From Utricularia gibba (taxonomy: Eukaryota > Plantae > Magnoliophyta): a stretch of 64,000 bases of DNA. Shown here one piece after another: positions 35,728 to 48,410 of the stretch. Within the stretch, counting starts at the first letter, position 1; each line of letters starts with the position of its first letter. The notes below the pieces were generated by a model. It ran no database searches. It was not told the origin of the DNA and was given only the letters and a program-made list of their open reading frames with translations. The stretch spans positions 4,712,001 to 4,776,000 of the forward strand of contig CM007991.1 of assembly GCA_002189035.1 (NCBI GenBank), given 5' to 3'. The position numbers were made by a program, and so were the translations under genes.

Positions 35728-37148
35728 TTTTAGAACGTCTGGTAGACATGAAAGTATTAGAACCTTGAATCTAGACGTTCAAAATCCCAAGGGTTTGGTG
35801 AGAACAATACAAACAAAGCATACTACACAAACTGTCACCTTTTCACTCTAATACATTTTGCAAAAGGTGACAGTTTCAGTAGTCTGTTTTCAAACAATTC
35901 CAAACAATCCAAACAATTCCCTTGTAGTTTTCAAGTGATTCCAAAAACTGAAAATTCTACAAGCATAAACACACAGATTCCAAGCTCAATGATGAACCTC
36001 AGCAACATGATGAATAGCATTTGAAGATTGATAAAGATGTTGCACAGTTGAATACTTTGGATAGCAAGATTATTCTACTTGGATCAATCATTAAGAGTAA
36101 GAGCAACAAAATTGAATATATGCTCAAATCTCTACTCAAAAATGGTGAGTTAGAAGTTAAGCTTAATCTTGTTACCAACTGAGCTCAACTACTTGAAAGT
36201 AGATCTAATTTAGAGTCCAAAATGTGTTTTTCTTTTAGATGTATACTATTGGACTTGATAACCTTTCCATTAATTTAATTTGGTCTTAGTAATTTTAGAA
36301 CCCAACTCTAGGGTATTAAGTACTTTTGAAAGTACCTTTAGCTTATTTCATTAATTTCGTGAGTAATTTCCTCTTCTTTGAGTATTTAAATATTCTTAAC
36401 TTATCAAGCTTTTAGAGCTTGTGATATCCAAAGATTATCACTTCTGATTTCTTCTCATTTTGAATCGTGGCTCTTGATTACTCTTTTCTTTCATAATCTA
36501 GTTGCAAGAAATTTATTCTTTCGAGAGTAGACTTTGGTGGGTTTTTTTTTCAACATTAGTTTCTCTCATACTTGTGGGTTGTTAATCTTTTTTAGATTAG
36601 AGGGTCATATCATTCAACACATAATCAAATTTCAATCGAGAGACACAAAATAATTTAAAAGAAAAGAGATGCACAACTTGTTCCAAATTGAGCCCTAAAG
36701 GTTCAATCCCCTACCCTAAAATCCTCATTCCAATTACTCACTTCTAATCATTTCTGATCTTCACAACAGTTCTATTCTTTCTCAAATATCAAGGTCAATC
36801 TAAAACCAAATTAAGATTCTCACTCCACAAGCCTTCAAAATCATAACAACAATTTCAATCTTTACTCTCCACCTTCTTGCTGCCATTTCCACCTTGGTTT
36901 GAAAACTCAGAAGAAAGTTTTATGTCAACTCTCCTAAAAACTTTCTTTTCCAAATGCAACTCCACCACTGATATTAGCTTATGCTTGGGTTACTTCTACA
37001 TAACCACATGATCCTTTTCCCTTTGACCATGTGTCTTACTTACTCAGCTTTCTAACTCTCTTTATTCCGATTTTTCTCATAAACAATAATCATGCATTTT
37101 AAAACATAACACATTTAAATAATAACAACAAAAATCAAAGCCCTAACA
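35728..37148 (-). repeat. LTR-like fragment of undetermined family hosting the CRM solo LTR
   Basis: Ends ...gccctaaca (tgttagggc on -); non-coding; abrupt junction with Tekay IN. Confidence 0.35.
35990..36612 (+). mobile_element. Old solo LTR of the CRM-A family, imperfect TSD ctcaa/ttcaa
   Basis: TGAT...ATCA termini; shares gagctcaactacttgaa, cttaacttatcaagcttt and agattagagggtcatatca with 4879-5810. Confidence 0.8.
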
Positions 37149-37189
37149 TCCTTGATTAGTGATTTGGTGGATTGCATCAACATTAGAAG

Positions 37190-38100
37190 ATCAATGTCCA
37201 GGTTTTGCATTTACATAAGAAGCAGCCTGATTAGTTGGAGATCAAAAAGACAGAGCACGATAGCAAAGAGTTCACGGAAGGTAGAATATCTAATTTATTA
37301 AGAGCTTTTGAACTCAAGAGCAGCTAGCGTACATTATGACTGAAGGCTTTTTCAGCACTATAGCACTATTAATTGCTGAGAAAATTGAGAACTGTATATG
37401 AGATTCTTTTTTTCCCTCGTGGAGTTTTGTAGAGCTCAAACAAAATCATCCAAATAAAATAATAATAGTCAGATTCCATTATCAAATAAAAAGTTTAGAT
37501 TTTTTTGAATTGATAGTAATTTTCTTTTTAAGATCCCATGAACTAATTTAAAACCTCAGATTCAGGGTAAAACTGAGATGATTCTAGGCAATCAAAAATA
37601 AAAAATTATGCCAAAGATTCTCGAGTAACAATGAAGAGTTCATCACATATTCCATGTGCATATATGTGTAGATCTCAATAAATGACATATTTACGCAAAT
37701 TCTAGTATTGTTATTCTAAAGTAATATTACTCTGTTACTATCAAACACTATTCGTTGTTTTGTAAGATTATAGAATTAATCATGCCACTGAAATCATTTC
37801 ACCTCCCATAATAACCCGTATTTTTTTTACATTCGATTCTAACCTCTACAACTCATACATTCACATATAGATTAGATCAAATATACCTTTGATAATGATG
37901 TGTAATTGAGTCCTTATTCTTAGACTCTTGAGGCTAATTTGGGATTCTCTTACATAATCTTCAGATTTTGAAGTAATCAAGAATATGTTAGTAAAGAAAA
38001 TATTGCAAAAAATAAAATTAAACTCAAATTAAATGTGAAAGAAAATAGTAAAACAACCAAATATGTAAGTGTTTGCACAAGAAAGACTCACTATAAATCC
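37190..38100 (+). repeat. Degenerate copia RNase H end plus downstream non-coding region; paralogous to 62770-64000
   Basis: SLISWRSKRQSTIAKSS motif; shared blocks atatctaatttattaagag and aaaaattatgccaaagattct. Confidence 0.65.
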
Positions 38101-41100
38101 TTAGCTACAAGTTCTCGTGCATACAAACTTGATTTTAACATATGAAAAATGATCGAAAAATGAAAGCAAATGAGAAAATAAAATGTGGAAATTGATTGTA
38201 AGACTTCCAAGACAAGACTTTGTAACTCTCCAAAAGTATGGTATTCAGGTCCATATCTAGAAGTAGAAGCTTTGAATTTTAATTTATGTACTTATATTAA
38301 ATCTTATATCCAAATGTTTTCAAATTATATTTAAATATTTTAAGATAATATTCAAATCATCATTTAATCCAACCTTTTGGGATTAAATCTTAATCCAGAC
38401 AGTTCAATTTTTATCCCTCCCCCTCCCCACCAAAATCATCTTTATTTGTCTTCAATTTAAATTAACATAATTTCAAAAAATCATCTAGTCCAAATTGACA
38501 CAAAAGATTTACAAATTATTCAAAATTGTTGGGAAAACTAAACGAAAAACATTCAAAACAACAAAAAAAAGTTATTAAAAACCAAAAGCAATTGACCCAA
38601 CAATGTGACTTAGGAACCGCTTTCTTTTGTTTCTGTTTTGTTGATGTTGTTGTTGTTGTTTTTTTTTTTTTTTACCTCTCTAGATGTTGAAATGGACACC
38701 GTAGATCGTAGATGTCTATAGCACAGGAATTCACAACTCACTAGCCATGTGCTGTGTAATCTACAACATTAATGTAAGAAGGTTAAAATTTATTAATTCC
38801 ATAGATAACAAATGCAAAAATATCTAATCCCAATATAAACAAAAAATTCATGCAAATTGCAACATTTACTTGAAATTCTGAAAAAAAAATTAGGCATACA
38901 ATAAACGTGTTCGTCAAATCTGTAAAATCGATTATGCTGTTATCAAATTAAACAACCTTGCAATATTTACCTGACCAATCCAAACAAATAATTGAATAAA
39001 AAAAAATATGATGAAAATCTCCAAAAAAATTCCCAAAATTGTAAAAAAAAATCTGAAAATCTTCATTTGGGTAGATTAACGAACAAAAACCATTTATTAT
39101 CAACATGGAGAATAAATCTAACCTACTTTTGTGACATATTTTCTAGTTTCAAGGGAGTTAACGATACCTGAAATCTTGAATCCATCACATTAGAGGAATG
39201 GAAGAAGTGGAAAAACTAGAAACACTATTTATGAGTATTTTTGAATAAAAAATGATGAAAAAGTCCCAAATTTAATATTAAATTATTTTATTAAACAGAA
39301 ATCCTAACTCATGCTTTATTTATATAAACTCAACTTTATTTCAGCAAATTTGATATTTTTCAAAAATGTATTCATAATACCAATCCAATACGAATTCCCA
39401 CAAAAGAATTCAATAAAATATTCATAATGTTGTCAATACCAATATACTTCAAATATAATGAATAATGTTTGGTTTAATTCGATACTGAACTACCCATTGT
39501 TGTTTCCATTTCCTTATTCTATCTCAATGCTCATTCCTCTCTAGTGCATTTTTACATGGCCTAGTCACACATTTTTGTGGCATGTTCCTTGGACATAAAT
39601 AATCTCAGGCAAGCACATACACACAAAACAAATTTACACACCCATCAACTACCCATTGTTGTTGTAATCCATTTCCCCTACTATGACCCTAACAAAAATG
39701 TCTTGATACCATGGTGTCAAGTCCAAAATTTATATCCCACTGAACTCAAACTTTGATGTCATGTTCCTAAGAAATGACCATAAGACTTTATTGGCCTATT
39801 AAGTCATAAAGGAACTAGCTATAAGTGTAGAGTTCCAAACTGAAAATGATAAGGTGAGTTAAGTACATCATAGGGAACGAGGGACTTTGCTTTTTCTTCG
39901 AAACATGATGTATGATCAAGTTAAAGAACAGCAAATTTATTAGCATAATACACAGAAAAAGCATGATCCAGGTGTCATGCTTAGTCTTCCCTACACAATA
40001 TCCTACTTGGCCACTATGTAGAACCAACAGCAGCCCTAAACCAACACCAACTCAAAGATCCTTCTAGGACCATGAATGGAAAGCACTAAAATAATATCAA
40101 AAGGAACATGTAAGACAAGCACTAAACCATTTAAAATGCAACACCATTAAGAATTAACGACATAATGTAATAAGCATTAATCACATAATTGAGTCTTTAC
40201 TTTGATTTGAAAATCTCAGAAATCAAGGTCAAAAAGTCCTTTTGGATCTATCTTATGAAATCAGCAACCAGTGCAACACCCTTCACCAACTTCACATTGA
40301 TGCAACACCTCTATCGTTTTCCCTTTCATTTCTTCAATCTCAAATTCTATGGTGAATATTATTCTATGAGAAGTTCCCTCAAAGCATAATCAACATAAAT
40401 AAGCCAGCATCCAGAACTCCCCCAAAAGTCTTCTATTTCAAACAATCACATTGCATCTCAGACTGATAAATGCAGCACAACAGTCACGTAAACCAAATCA
40501 TATTTGGAAGCCTTTACCTTATCTAAAATTTCCAAATAAACTTCGTTTGAAATGCTGACGAGCAATATTTTATTCAATAAAAAGGAATCACCAACATCTG
40601 AATGCCCAGTGGAGAGTTATGAATTATAGAAGTGGATTGAGAAAAACAGTTCTTAACGTTTGGTAGTTTTGAGAGGTTTTAAGTGAAAATTCATAATTTT
40701 CTGTTTCCATCTCTAAAGCAAGAAATTGTTTTTTAAACATGATCAACACTCATCATGTTAGAAGTTGATTGAAAAAATTAGTTTGAAAAAAATCAAAACT
40801 TTCTGTTTATATTTGTAAAATAATAAACTATGTTTGAAATATAATCAACACTCAAGGTTGAACCTATTGTGTTTATGAAGAATCATTATTTAAACGGAAT
40901 GAATTATTCCAAAAAATACATTGACCAGTGTATTTTGTAGAATAATTCATTTCGTCCAAATGAACATTTTCAAAATTAAGTATAATTTCATTAATTTTTG
41001 TGTTTAATATCAAAATATTATTTTAAATATTATAAGAATCTAATTTGTATTATTTAATTTTTATATTTGTTACGATTATAAAAGTTGAATTTGTAATCTT

Positions 41101-41624
41101 TCAGTTAATCACATAATCGAAAGAATAATATAATAATTATGTAATTAAATGATATATATTATATGTTGATCTAAAATCCAATAATTACGTGGAATAAGTT
41201 TTTCAAATATTATTAATTTGTATTTGAAATCGTGTATGAAAAATGTTTTTACAAGAATATTTATTTTTATGCTTATATTAAAACTACATCACTCTTACGC
41301 ATTGCAAATTATTCAGAAGAGTATACAGGATGTCACTTGATGTTCATAAACAGCATCAAGAGAGGTTTAGTCGTCAAGTAATGATAATAAACAGCACCCA
41401 GAAGGGTTCTGGACGTTGATTAAAGATAGTAAATATCACCCAGGGTTATGGACGTCGTTTAGTGATAATAAACAATGTTTAACAACTTGTATCCACTATC
41501 AAATGATAATCAGAAGTATTCAATCTAGTTTTTTATTAATTTTTTTAAATAAACTATAAACTAAAATTTTGTTCAAATCCATATTAGATAGTGGAGAAAT
41601 AAGGTTTGATGAAGTTATAGTCGA

Positions 41625-41800
41625 ATTGCAAAAGCTTTACTTGCATAATCCAAACTGCCATATTTTACATAAATGTCGTGAATCAAATTACAAAATGGAA
41701 GATTAATCTCTATATACTAATTAATTACAAATTGATGTTCATCCCAAATGAAAGATTTATAGACTCTACCCATGAGTGCAATGCACTCAGGATTGTAATT
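41625..41800 (-). pseudogene. PLS-class PPR fragment in the left arm (antisense mirror of 42211-42390)
   Basis: ITILSALHSWVESINLSFGM-(frameshift)-EHQFVIN*YIEINLPFCNLIHDIYVKYGSLDYAS. Confidence 0.72.
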
Positions 41801-41828
41801 TGATTTTCATTATGCTATCACATAAAAT

Positions 41829-42020
41829 GTGACAATCAAATTTATTATTAATCAGCATACAGAAACTAATCTCTCACTTTGCAATTCGATTCTTGCATTT
41901 TATGCAAAATATGGTAGCTTGAACTATCTTATGAAAGTTTTTGAAGAGATGATTAAAAATGATGTAAAATGCGGTATCTTGAACTATGAAAGTACAATCG
42001 TAAGTGCATCATACTCATGA
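41829..42020 (+). pseudogene. PLS-class PPR gene fragment (best-preserved copy)
   Basis: NLSLCNSILAFYAKYGSLNYLMKVFEEMIKND matches the PLS PPR consensus N(A/S)LI.MYAKCG.L..A..VF.EM..(K/R)D. Confidence 0.8.
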
Positions 42021-42210
42021 TGTAAAATATGAAAATCCAATTTACTATTAATGAGCATATAGAGATTAATCTTCCACTATATTAATATTATTTCAATAAA
42101 AATTATAAGGAAATCTAGGAATTGAATTACAAAGTGAGAGATAATTTCTATATACTGATTAATAACAAATTTTACTCTCACATTTTATGTAATAGCATAA
42201 TAAAAATCGA

Positions 42211-42390
42211 ATTACAATCGTAAGTGTATTGCACTCATGGTTAGAGTCTATGGATCTTTCATCTGGGATGAACATCAACTTATTATTAATTAGCATATAG
42301 AGATTAATCTTTCATTTTGTAATTTGATTCTTGAAATTTATATAAAATGTGGCAGTTTAGATTATGCAAGTAAAGTTTTTGCAATTCGAC
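42211..42390 (+). pseudogene. PLS-class PPR fragment in the right arm
   Basis: ITIVSVLHSWLESMDLSSGM-(frameshift)-EHQLIIN*HIEINLSFCNLILEIYIKCGSLDYASKVF. Confidence 0.75.
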
Positions 42391-43781
42391 TATAACTTTA
42401 TCAAGACTTATTTCTCCACTATTCAATATGGATCTAAGCAAAATTTTAGTTTATCATTTATTTAAAAAATTAATAAAAAACTAGATTGAATGCTTCTGAT
42501 TATCATTAGAAAATGGTTACAAGTTGTTAAATATTAATTATTATCACTAAACGATGTTCAAATAAGTGTGCACACTATTAATAATCATTAAATGGCATCC
42601 AGAACCCTTTGGGTTCTAGAACCCTTCTTTAATCAATGTCCAGAACCCTTCTTGACGTTGTTTACCATCTTTAATCGGCATCTAGAACCCTTCTGGGCGA
42701 TGTTTCTTATCATTAATTGATGCCCCAGACCTCTCTGGATGCTGTTTATGAGCATCAAGCGACGTCCATGTATATTTTTCTACATACTTTGCAATTTGGA
42801 AGAGTGATACAGATTTAATATAAGCATGAAAAAAAATATTCTTTTGAAAACTTTTTTCATACACATGATTCCAAATACAAATTAATAATATTTGAAAAAC
42901 TTATTTCATGTAATTACTGGATTGTAGATCTAACGTATATTATATATCATTTAATTACGTAATTATTATATTATTCTTTCGATTATGTGATTAATCGAAA
43001 GATTACAAATTCAACTTTTATGATTGTCACACATATGAAAATTCAATAATGCAAATTAGATATCTTATAATATTTAAAACAATATTTTGATGTAAACAAA
43101 AAAATAATGAAATTATACTTAATTTTGAAAATGGTCATTTAAAAGAAATGAATTATTCTATAAAATGTCAAGTTTATGCAAATGATTTTTTGAGGATAGC
43201 CATCTCTCAAATTTCGGAGATGAGAGATGGTCATGTTTCAAATTCACCCAGAAGAATGAGGAACCCACAAAAGGAGAGATTCATTGAACCATTTTATTTA
43301 TTGTAGCAGGTCTTGCGAATGGTATTGAGAATGGGTTGTTGGTACCAAATTCAAAATCTACTTCTTTAATAGTAGTATAGGGAAAAGGGATGGGATGATA
43401 CCGAGCATGTTTACTATCTCTTCTCGAGAAACTGAAGATGTTGAAACCTTACTAATCCACTCAAATCTATGGATTTATTTTTTTAATACGAATTTTAAGG
43501 ATGAAAACGGCCATCATTAATGTCAAAATAACTGAAGGGCTACAGTCCATGTTTATTAAACTTAAGATCCACCCGTGCTTGGAGCATATCGATGGAATGG
43601 ACGAAATACGAACAGTTAGCATAATATGGTCTGAGATCTTAGGAAATAGAGATGGAAAGAGTTAGAACTCTAAAAACATGTCTCACTTCGTAAAAAATAT
43701 TTTTTTTTGCCTTACATAAGAATTCAAAAAAGATTGCTTCATTCATGGCATTTCATCTTTTGGGATGAGCAAGGTTGTCCA

Positions 43782-43897
43782 TATTTCACGAAGTATGTGT
43801 CTAGATAGTCGAAAATGTCGATAATTAGCTCTGGGTCTTCGGATCAAACACGATGTGCAGTTGCACTCTTCCGGGGTGGGAATGCATGCTACCAGAT
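43782..43897 (-). pseudogene. rps14: Plastid-derived (NUPT) rps14 fragment
   Basis: RPRANYRHFRLSRHILREI versus plastid RPRANYRDFGLSGHILREM; nucleotide blocks gactatc..gacacatacttcgtgaaat and cccaccccggaagagtgca. Confidence 0.85.
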
Positions 43898-43969
43898 AGG
43901 CTTGAGTCTGATAACTCAATTTCCTTGTAGGAGTCCACAATCACTAACCGAGATGAACTCTGATTTGCT

Positions 43970-44045
43970 GAATTTTACTTTTTCTTAGATTCAGGAACGA
44001 ATTCAATTCTGAGGAATTTTTCATTCACATTGTCCCTCCTAAAAA
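43970..44045 (+). pseudogene. ycf2: NUPT fragment of the ycf2 5' end
   Basis: ttcttagattcaggaacgaattcaattctgaggaatttttcattcacatt versus recalled ycf2 ttcttagattcatggacccaattcaattcagtgggatctttcattcacatt. Confidence 0.75.
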
Positions 44046-44054
44046 GAATACTCC

Positions 44055-44094
44055 AGAATAACACTCAATTTTAGCACGAATAGTTTGTAGGGGG
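44055..44094 (-). pseudogene. rps3: NUPT fragment of the rps3 3' end
   Basis: cccctacaaactattcgtgctaaaattga encodes PLQTIRAKI, the conserved Rps3 C-terminal motif. Confidence 0.7.
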
Positions 44095-45966
44095 GATATA
44101 CTAGAACCATCTATCATTTCTTCGGATAGGATAGAAGAAGATTCTGGAAACACTTATTCGAAATCTCAACGTAGAACACCTTTAAAATGAATTCACCCTT
44201 TCCTGTTACATTTGCATTCAGATGTCAACTTATCAATCAACCATAAACCTTCTTTTCTTTCTTTTTCGCTGAAAAAGTAGCATATATATTTTTGAATTGC
44301 TCCCCTCGCTCCTTTTTTCCCCACAATGTAGGGATTTTTACATAAAATATCATCTTCGTAACCTTGGGGATCTAGTTGAGATCTTTTTCAAATAGAAAGA
44401 TATTAAACATAGTCATTAATGACGGTTGTTCGCTGTACTGACAAGAAATTTGAAAAAAAATAATATATTAACAATTAAACTCAAATATGTTTATTTGAGC
44501 CCTATGACTATAAAGCCTGCTACTTTTGACCGGGTCTTGTATGTTGTAATAAATGATTGAATATTCATTTAACTTATTTAACACAAATGAATTTCGAAAA
44601 TTATGAATAAATTTTTTATATAATTTTAATACATAAAAAAATCAATTTATAATAACATGTAAAATGATATTTTTGTTCTTTTATATATCGTATAAAAAAA
44701 ATATAATGTAAGTCAATTAAAAACGTATATTAAGAAAAAAATATCATTTGTAGTTCTAATAAAATGAAAAACAAGTTTATTTTACATAATTATTAATTTC
44801 CGATTTTCAAAATAAAAAATGAAAATGTAGAACTAATTGGTCATCACATCCTTTTTCTCTGGTCAATGTAGTGTCGGAATCCCGCCAATCCGCCCTGTCC
44901 CACCGATTCCTTGTCTTTATCTTTAGTAAGTGTTTAATTGGATTAATATGGAGAGTTTTGGTATGAAACTAAATATTGGCTATATGTTTGATTAGTTGGT
45001 CAAATTATGCATAAATAAAAAATAATTTATTGAAATAATGCAACAAAGAATAAAAATAATCTTAAAGGAGACTTGAATTTTTTTTTTCTATACCAAATAA
45101 AAGTAAGCTCATGAACTTTGCCTTACTTGAGATACATCATTTCATTACTTATGGCAACTCCCTTCATATGAAATGGATTCAAAGTTTTCATGTTGTTGAT
45201 TCCAAAGTATCGCGCTTCTTCCCTTATGCTATTTTGAAGAATCTTTTCCATTCTTTGGTTATATATGATTATAATAATATGTTGAAATTTAATCATATGG
45301 GTTGAGTAAAGACATATGAAATTCAAGTACACAAGAAACATGAATTATATTAAAGAAGATTAAGTCCAACCGATTACTAGTGATCCACAATCTTGTATAT
45401 ATTTAACTATTTCACTTTCATTTTCCAATATGAGATTATTTGTTCTAATAATCAAAGTCAAGTCAAATAGTCTTTTAATCCTATTAAGACTTGTTTTTTT
45501 GTGTGATTGTAGGTATTACTTGTGTCATAGGTTGATTTAACTGTTGTCGCTTAAGTCCAATCCATCTTCTTGTTTTTTTTTAATTGGAAACTCCGTTAAA
45601 CATGAAACTCATCTTGGCCACCCTAGTCGTGCCAAGATAAAAGAGTTCAACAAACTTTACAATATTACATCTAGGGTTCCTTGAACAATGAGATATCTTA
45701 CACAAAGAGATATTGATAATACACATCTTCCAAATAATTGACATTTCACGTTCCTGATCCGATCCGCAAGGACATTGATTGGGAATTTTTTGAATTCTTC
45801 TTTTGATTCTATTTTTGTTCTCTCTTTATGATTCAAAAAAGACAAAAAAACTTTTGGTCCACTAACACTAAAGCCTTTACGGATATTGTCAGGAAAATGG
45901 ATATTTTAGGGCAGAGGACATAAAATCCTCATGTCACTAGTTCAAACATGGTTCCTGACATAGGTA

Positions 45967-46080
45967 GTTAAATATATATTCCAAATTTATTATGAAAGAC
46001 GGTTGGCTCGAAAACAAAAAAGCACTATTCGTACTTTTTTTCAAAGCTTGGAATCAAGATTATTAGGTGAACATTCATAG
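45967..46080 (+). pseudogene. matK: NUPT fragment of the matK 3' region
   Basis: VKYIFQIYYERRLARKQKSTIRTFFQSLESRLLGE versus MatK [35 protein letters not shown]. Confidence 0.75.
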
Positions 46081-46247
46081 AGGGAGATGGTGAAAATTCT
46101 AGTATACACTCCCCGGTTCTGTTGCTATTGCTGGATTTATGCAATTAATCAAATTATATTTTTCAAATCATACTTTACTTATTACAGATTATCTCTGTTT
46201 TTTTGCCAATCGGTTTTTGATATCTCCCTCTCGAGAAAGATGATGCA

Positions 46248-47217
46248 AGAGAAAGTCTAATGATTTCTTCACCTTAACTACAAAAAAAGGATTGATCAAA
46301 TTCTATGAAGCCCGAATCATAGTGATGATTTATTGGAATCACAGCTGCATCTTCTTTTTGGGAAAGAGAATTTTTATCATTCAACTATATACTCATTTTT
46401 TGATTGTGATACACAATACAGTATATCTACACATCTATGCATATATCATAATAGGAATAAGATCGATTCATACATAAAAAAAATGTTCTCTATTGATTCT
46501 GTAGCTATGGGATAGAAGTTTTCTATTTCCCTCACATGAAAGGGCTATCCTACTATGATACCTGTTTATCATTGGACGATGATATATACTACTCATACTC
46601 AATTGCATTGATCATTTTTTTGGAATTAAAATAATCATGAAAATGAAAACATCAAGAAATATGGATACATCCAATAATGAGAACAATAAATCTTTCTTGA
46701 TCAATCCGAGTTGAAGACCTATAGCTTGAATGCCGAAATTAAATTCATTATGTAAGGTATAAGTATTAAAGAGGAAGAAGGTGATTAAAAGATTAAATGG
46801 AACAAATGTATCAATTAATCATATTATTCAATCTAAATGAATTTTCTAGACTTTGACTAATTTTGGTCAACTCTCGGTCATCTTTCACATTCTCATTCTC
46901 AAGATTGAAAGCTATTCTTTTCACACTGCAGCGAAGACTTATATTGTGAGCCCTTTACTATGCCTATTAGTTAGACCCCATAGAATTAAGAATCATTTCC
47001 ATTAGCTCAAAAAAGAAAAAAAAAAGAGTCTTCACCTTTATCACATATCCAATAAGCCTGTTCATTGTCTAATTGATACCTACAATGGCATGCTAAGTTG
47101 CTTAGAAAGAGTCAAAGTTTAGATTGACCCCAGTTCTTGGGATACTATGGATAATTCCCAATAATGTCTATGACATCCATATTCCATAAGAATAATTGAG
47201 TTCATGGATTTCCTTTG
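46248..47217 (+). pseudogene. accD: Scrambled accD-like NUPT pieces
   Basis: agagaaagtctaatgattt (46248), gatacacaatacagt (~46407), IDPSSWDTMD (~47118; accD IDPGTWDPMD) and atggattt near 47203. Confidence 0.55.
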
Positions 47218-48410
47218 TGATAAGTGATTTTGTGTCACTTATATTTGTGCTTTTTAGGACTCTCTTAGATGAGTTTTGCATTCTTTTTACCCCACTTTCC
47301 TTATATTTTTAGAAGAATTTTATATCTTTCATACCACTTTAATCTTTTTGGACGGAAAGTGTGTTTTGTGATTTTTCAGGACGAATTTGGAATAATTTGG
47401 AGGATTTTCGAGCTACTTTGATGAAGGCTAAGATTTGGTCTACCCGGATGAAAACTCGTTTAAAGATTCTCGGATAAGATAAGATTCGCATCTTATCTTG
47501 GAGAAATTGGATCTCATCCTAGAAGATTTGTATCAAATCTTCAAAGATTCGGATAGAAAATTTGATGCGAGCCCATCAAAAAAGTCCGACAAATCCCCAC
47601 CATTATACAAAGATCCAAACGCGAAGTCCTAAAGAGAGTCGAAGTGGTTGATGACCAGAGAGTCAATCTAGGGTTTAGAGTCGAGTCTAGCATGTTTTGG
47701 ATTCCTTTCCTTTCGTTTTTCATCAACTTTTGTTGTTTAGAGTCAAGCATGCGCGTGTGAGCGCTTGCGGCTGAGGATCTGCTGTGAAACCTTGCTTGCG
47801 TAAGTCCTGTGCACGTGACTGTCTTACTATGTTTTTCACCATTTAATTTGAGGTCTGATTCTGTTTGTCGCAATGTTTTCTTCACCAACGTGATCTTTAG
47901 TACCATATAACCCTAGGGGAGTGTGGGAGAATCAAAGATTGGCCTCAAGCACCTAAGGAGAAGGGCTCAATCGAACATCGTTGGTAAGGCACATTTTGTC
48001 TAATCTGTCTGCGAGGTGTGAGGTATAGAGGTTAGTTTTGGGTGTGGGGAAAACATGGGTTATCACAAGAGGTGAAATGACTCTGGTGGTGTGGTTGATT
48101 CCATAATCCCACAAAACAAGGGACGGTGCTATAACGGTCACCGAGTAGCACGACTTTAGCATAACACCCCCAAAGCTTGCTCAAGCAGGTCAGTTCTCAA
48201 GGTTTGTACACACGCAAGGGCGAGTTCCAAGTAAGGTGGATCTTAGATCCAAGGCCACTTTTCTTATTGTCTTCAAAAATCAAATCTTTCTTTTGTTTCC
48301 AATCTTTTTAACTCTTTGTTTTGAAAAGAATATTCCAATAACAATTCCATGTGGATACGATCTTATTTTATTACTTCGACGGTTTTTGTGCACTTGCAAA
48401 ATCACCATCA
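47218..48410 (+). mobile_element. Athila-like solo LTR (1193 bp), TSD CTTTG
   Basis: TGAT...ATCA termini; CTTTG at 47213-47217 and 48411-48415; U5-like end gtgcacttgcaaaatcaccatca. Confidence 0.9.

Larger units (their letters stand above)
40932..43166. repeat. Long foldback / inverted repeat: arms 40932-41895 and 42115-43166, ~220-bp spacer
   Basis: Arm-to-arm reverse-complement alignment along the whole length (roughly 80-85% by eye); no TSD or transposase found. Confidence 0.9.

Noticed and set aside
39940-40520. Possible Tekay-like LTR on the minus strand
   Set aside because: Only a weak terminal resemblance (agggaagactaagcatgaca); no second copy, TSD or PBS to confirm
44868-44912. GC-rich hairpin resembling a Helitron 3' end
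   Set aside because: No CTRR terminus at the right distance and no matching 5' TC end identified
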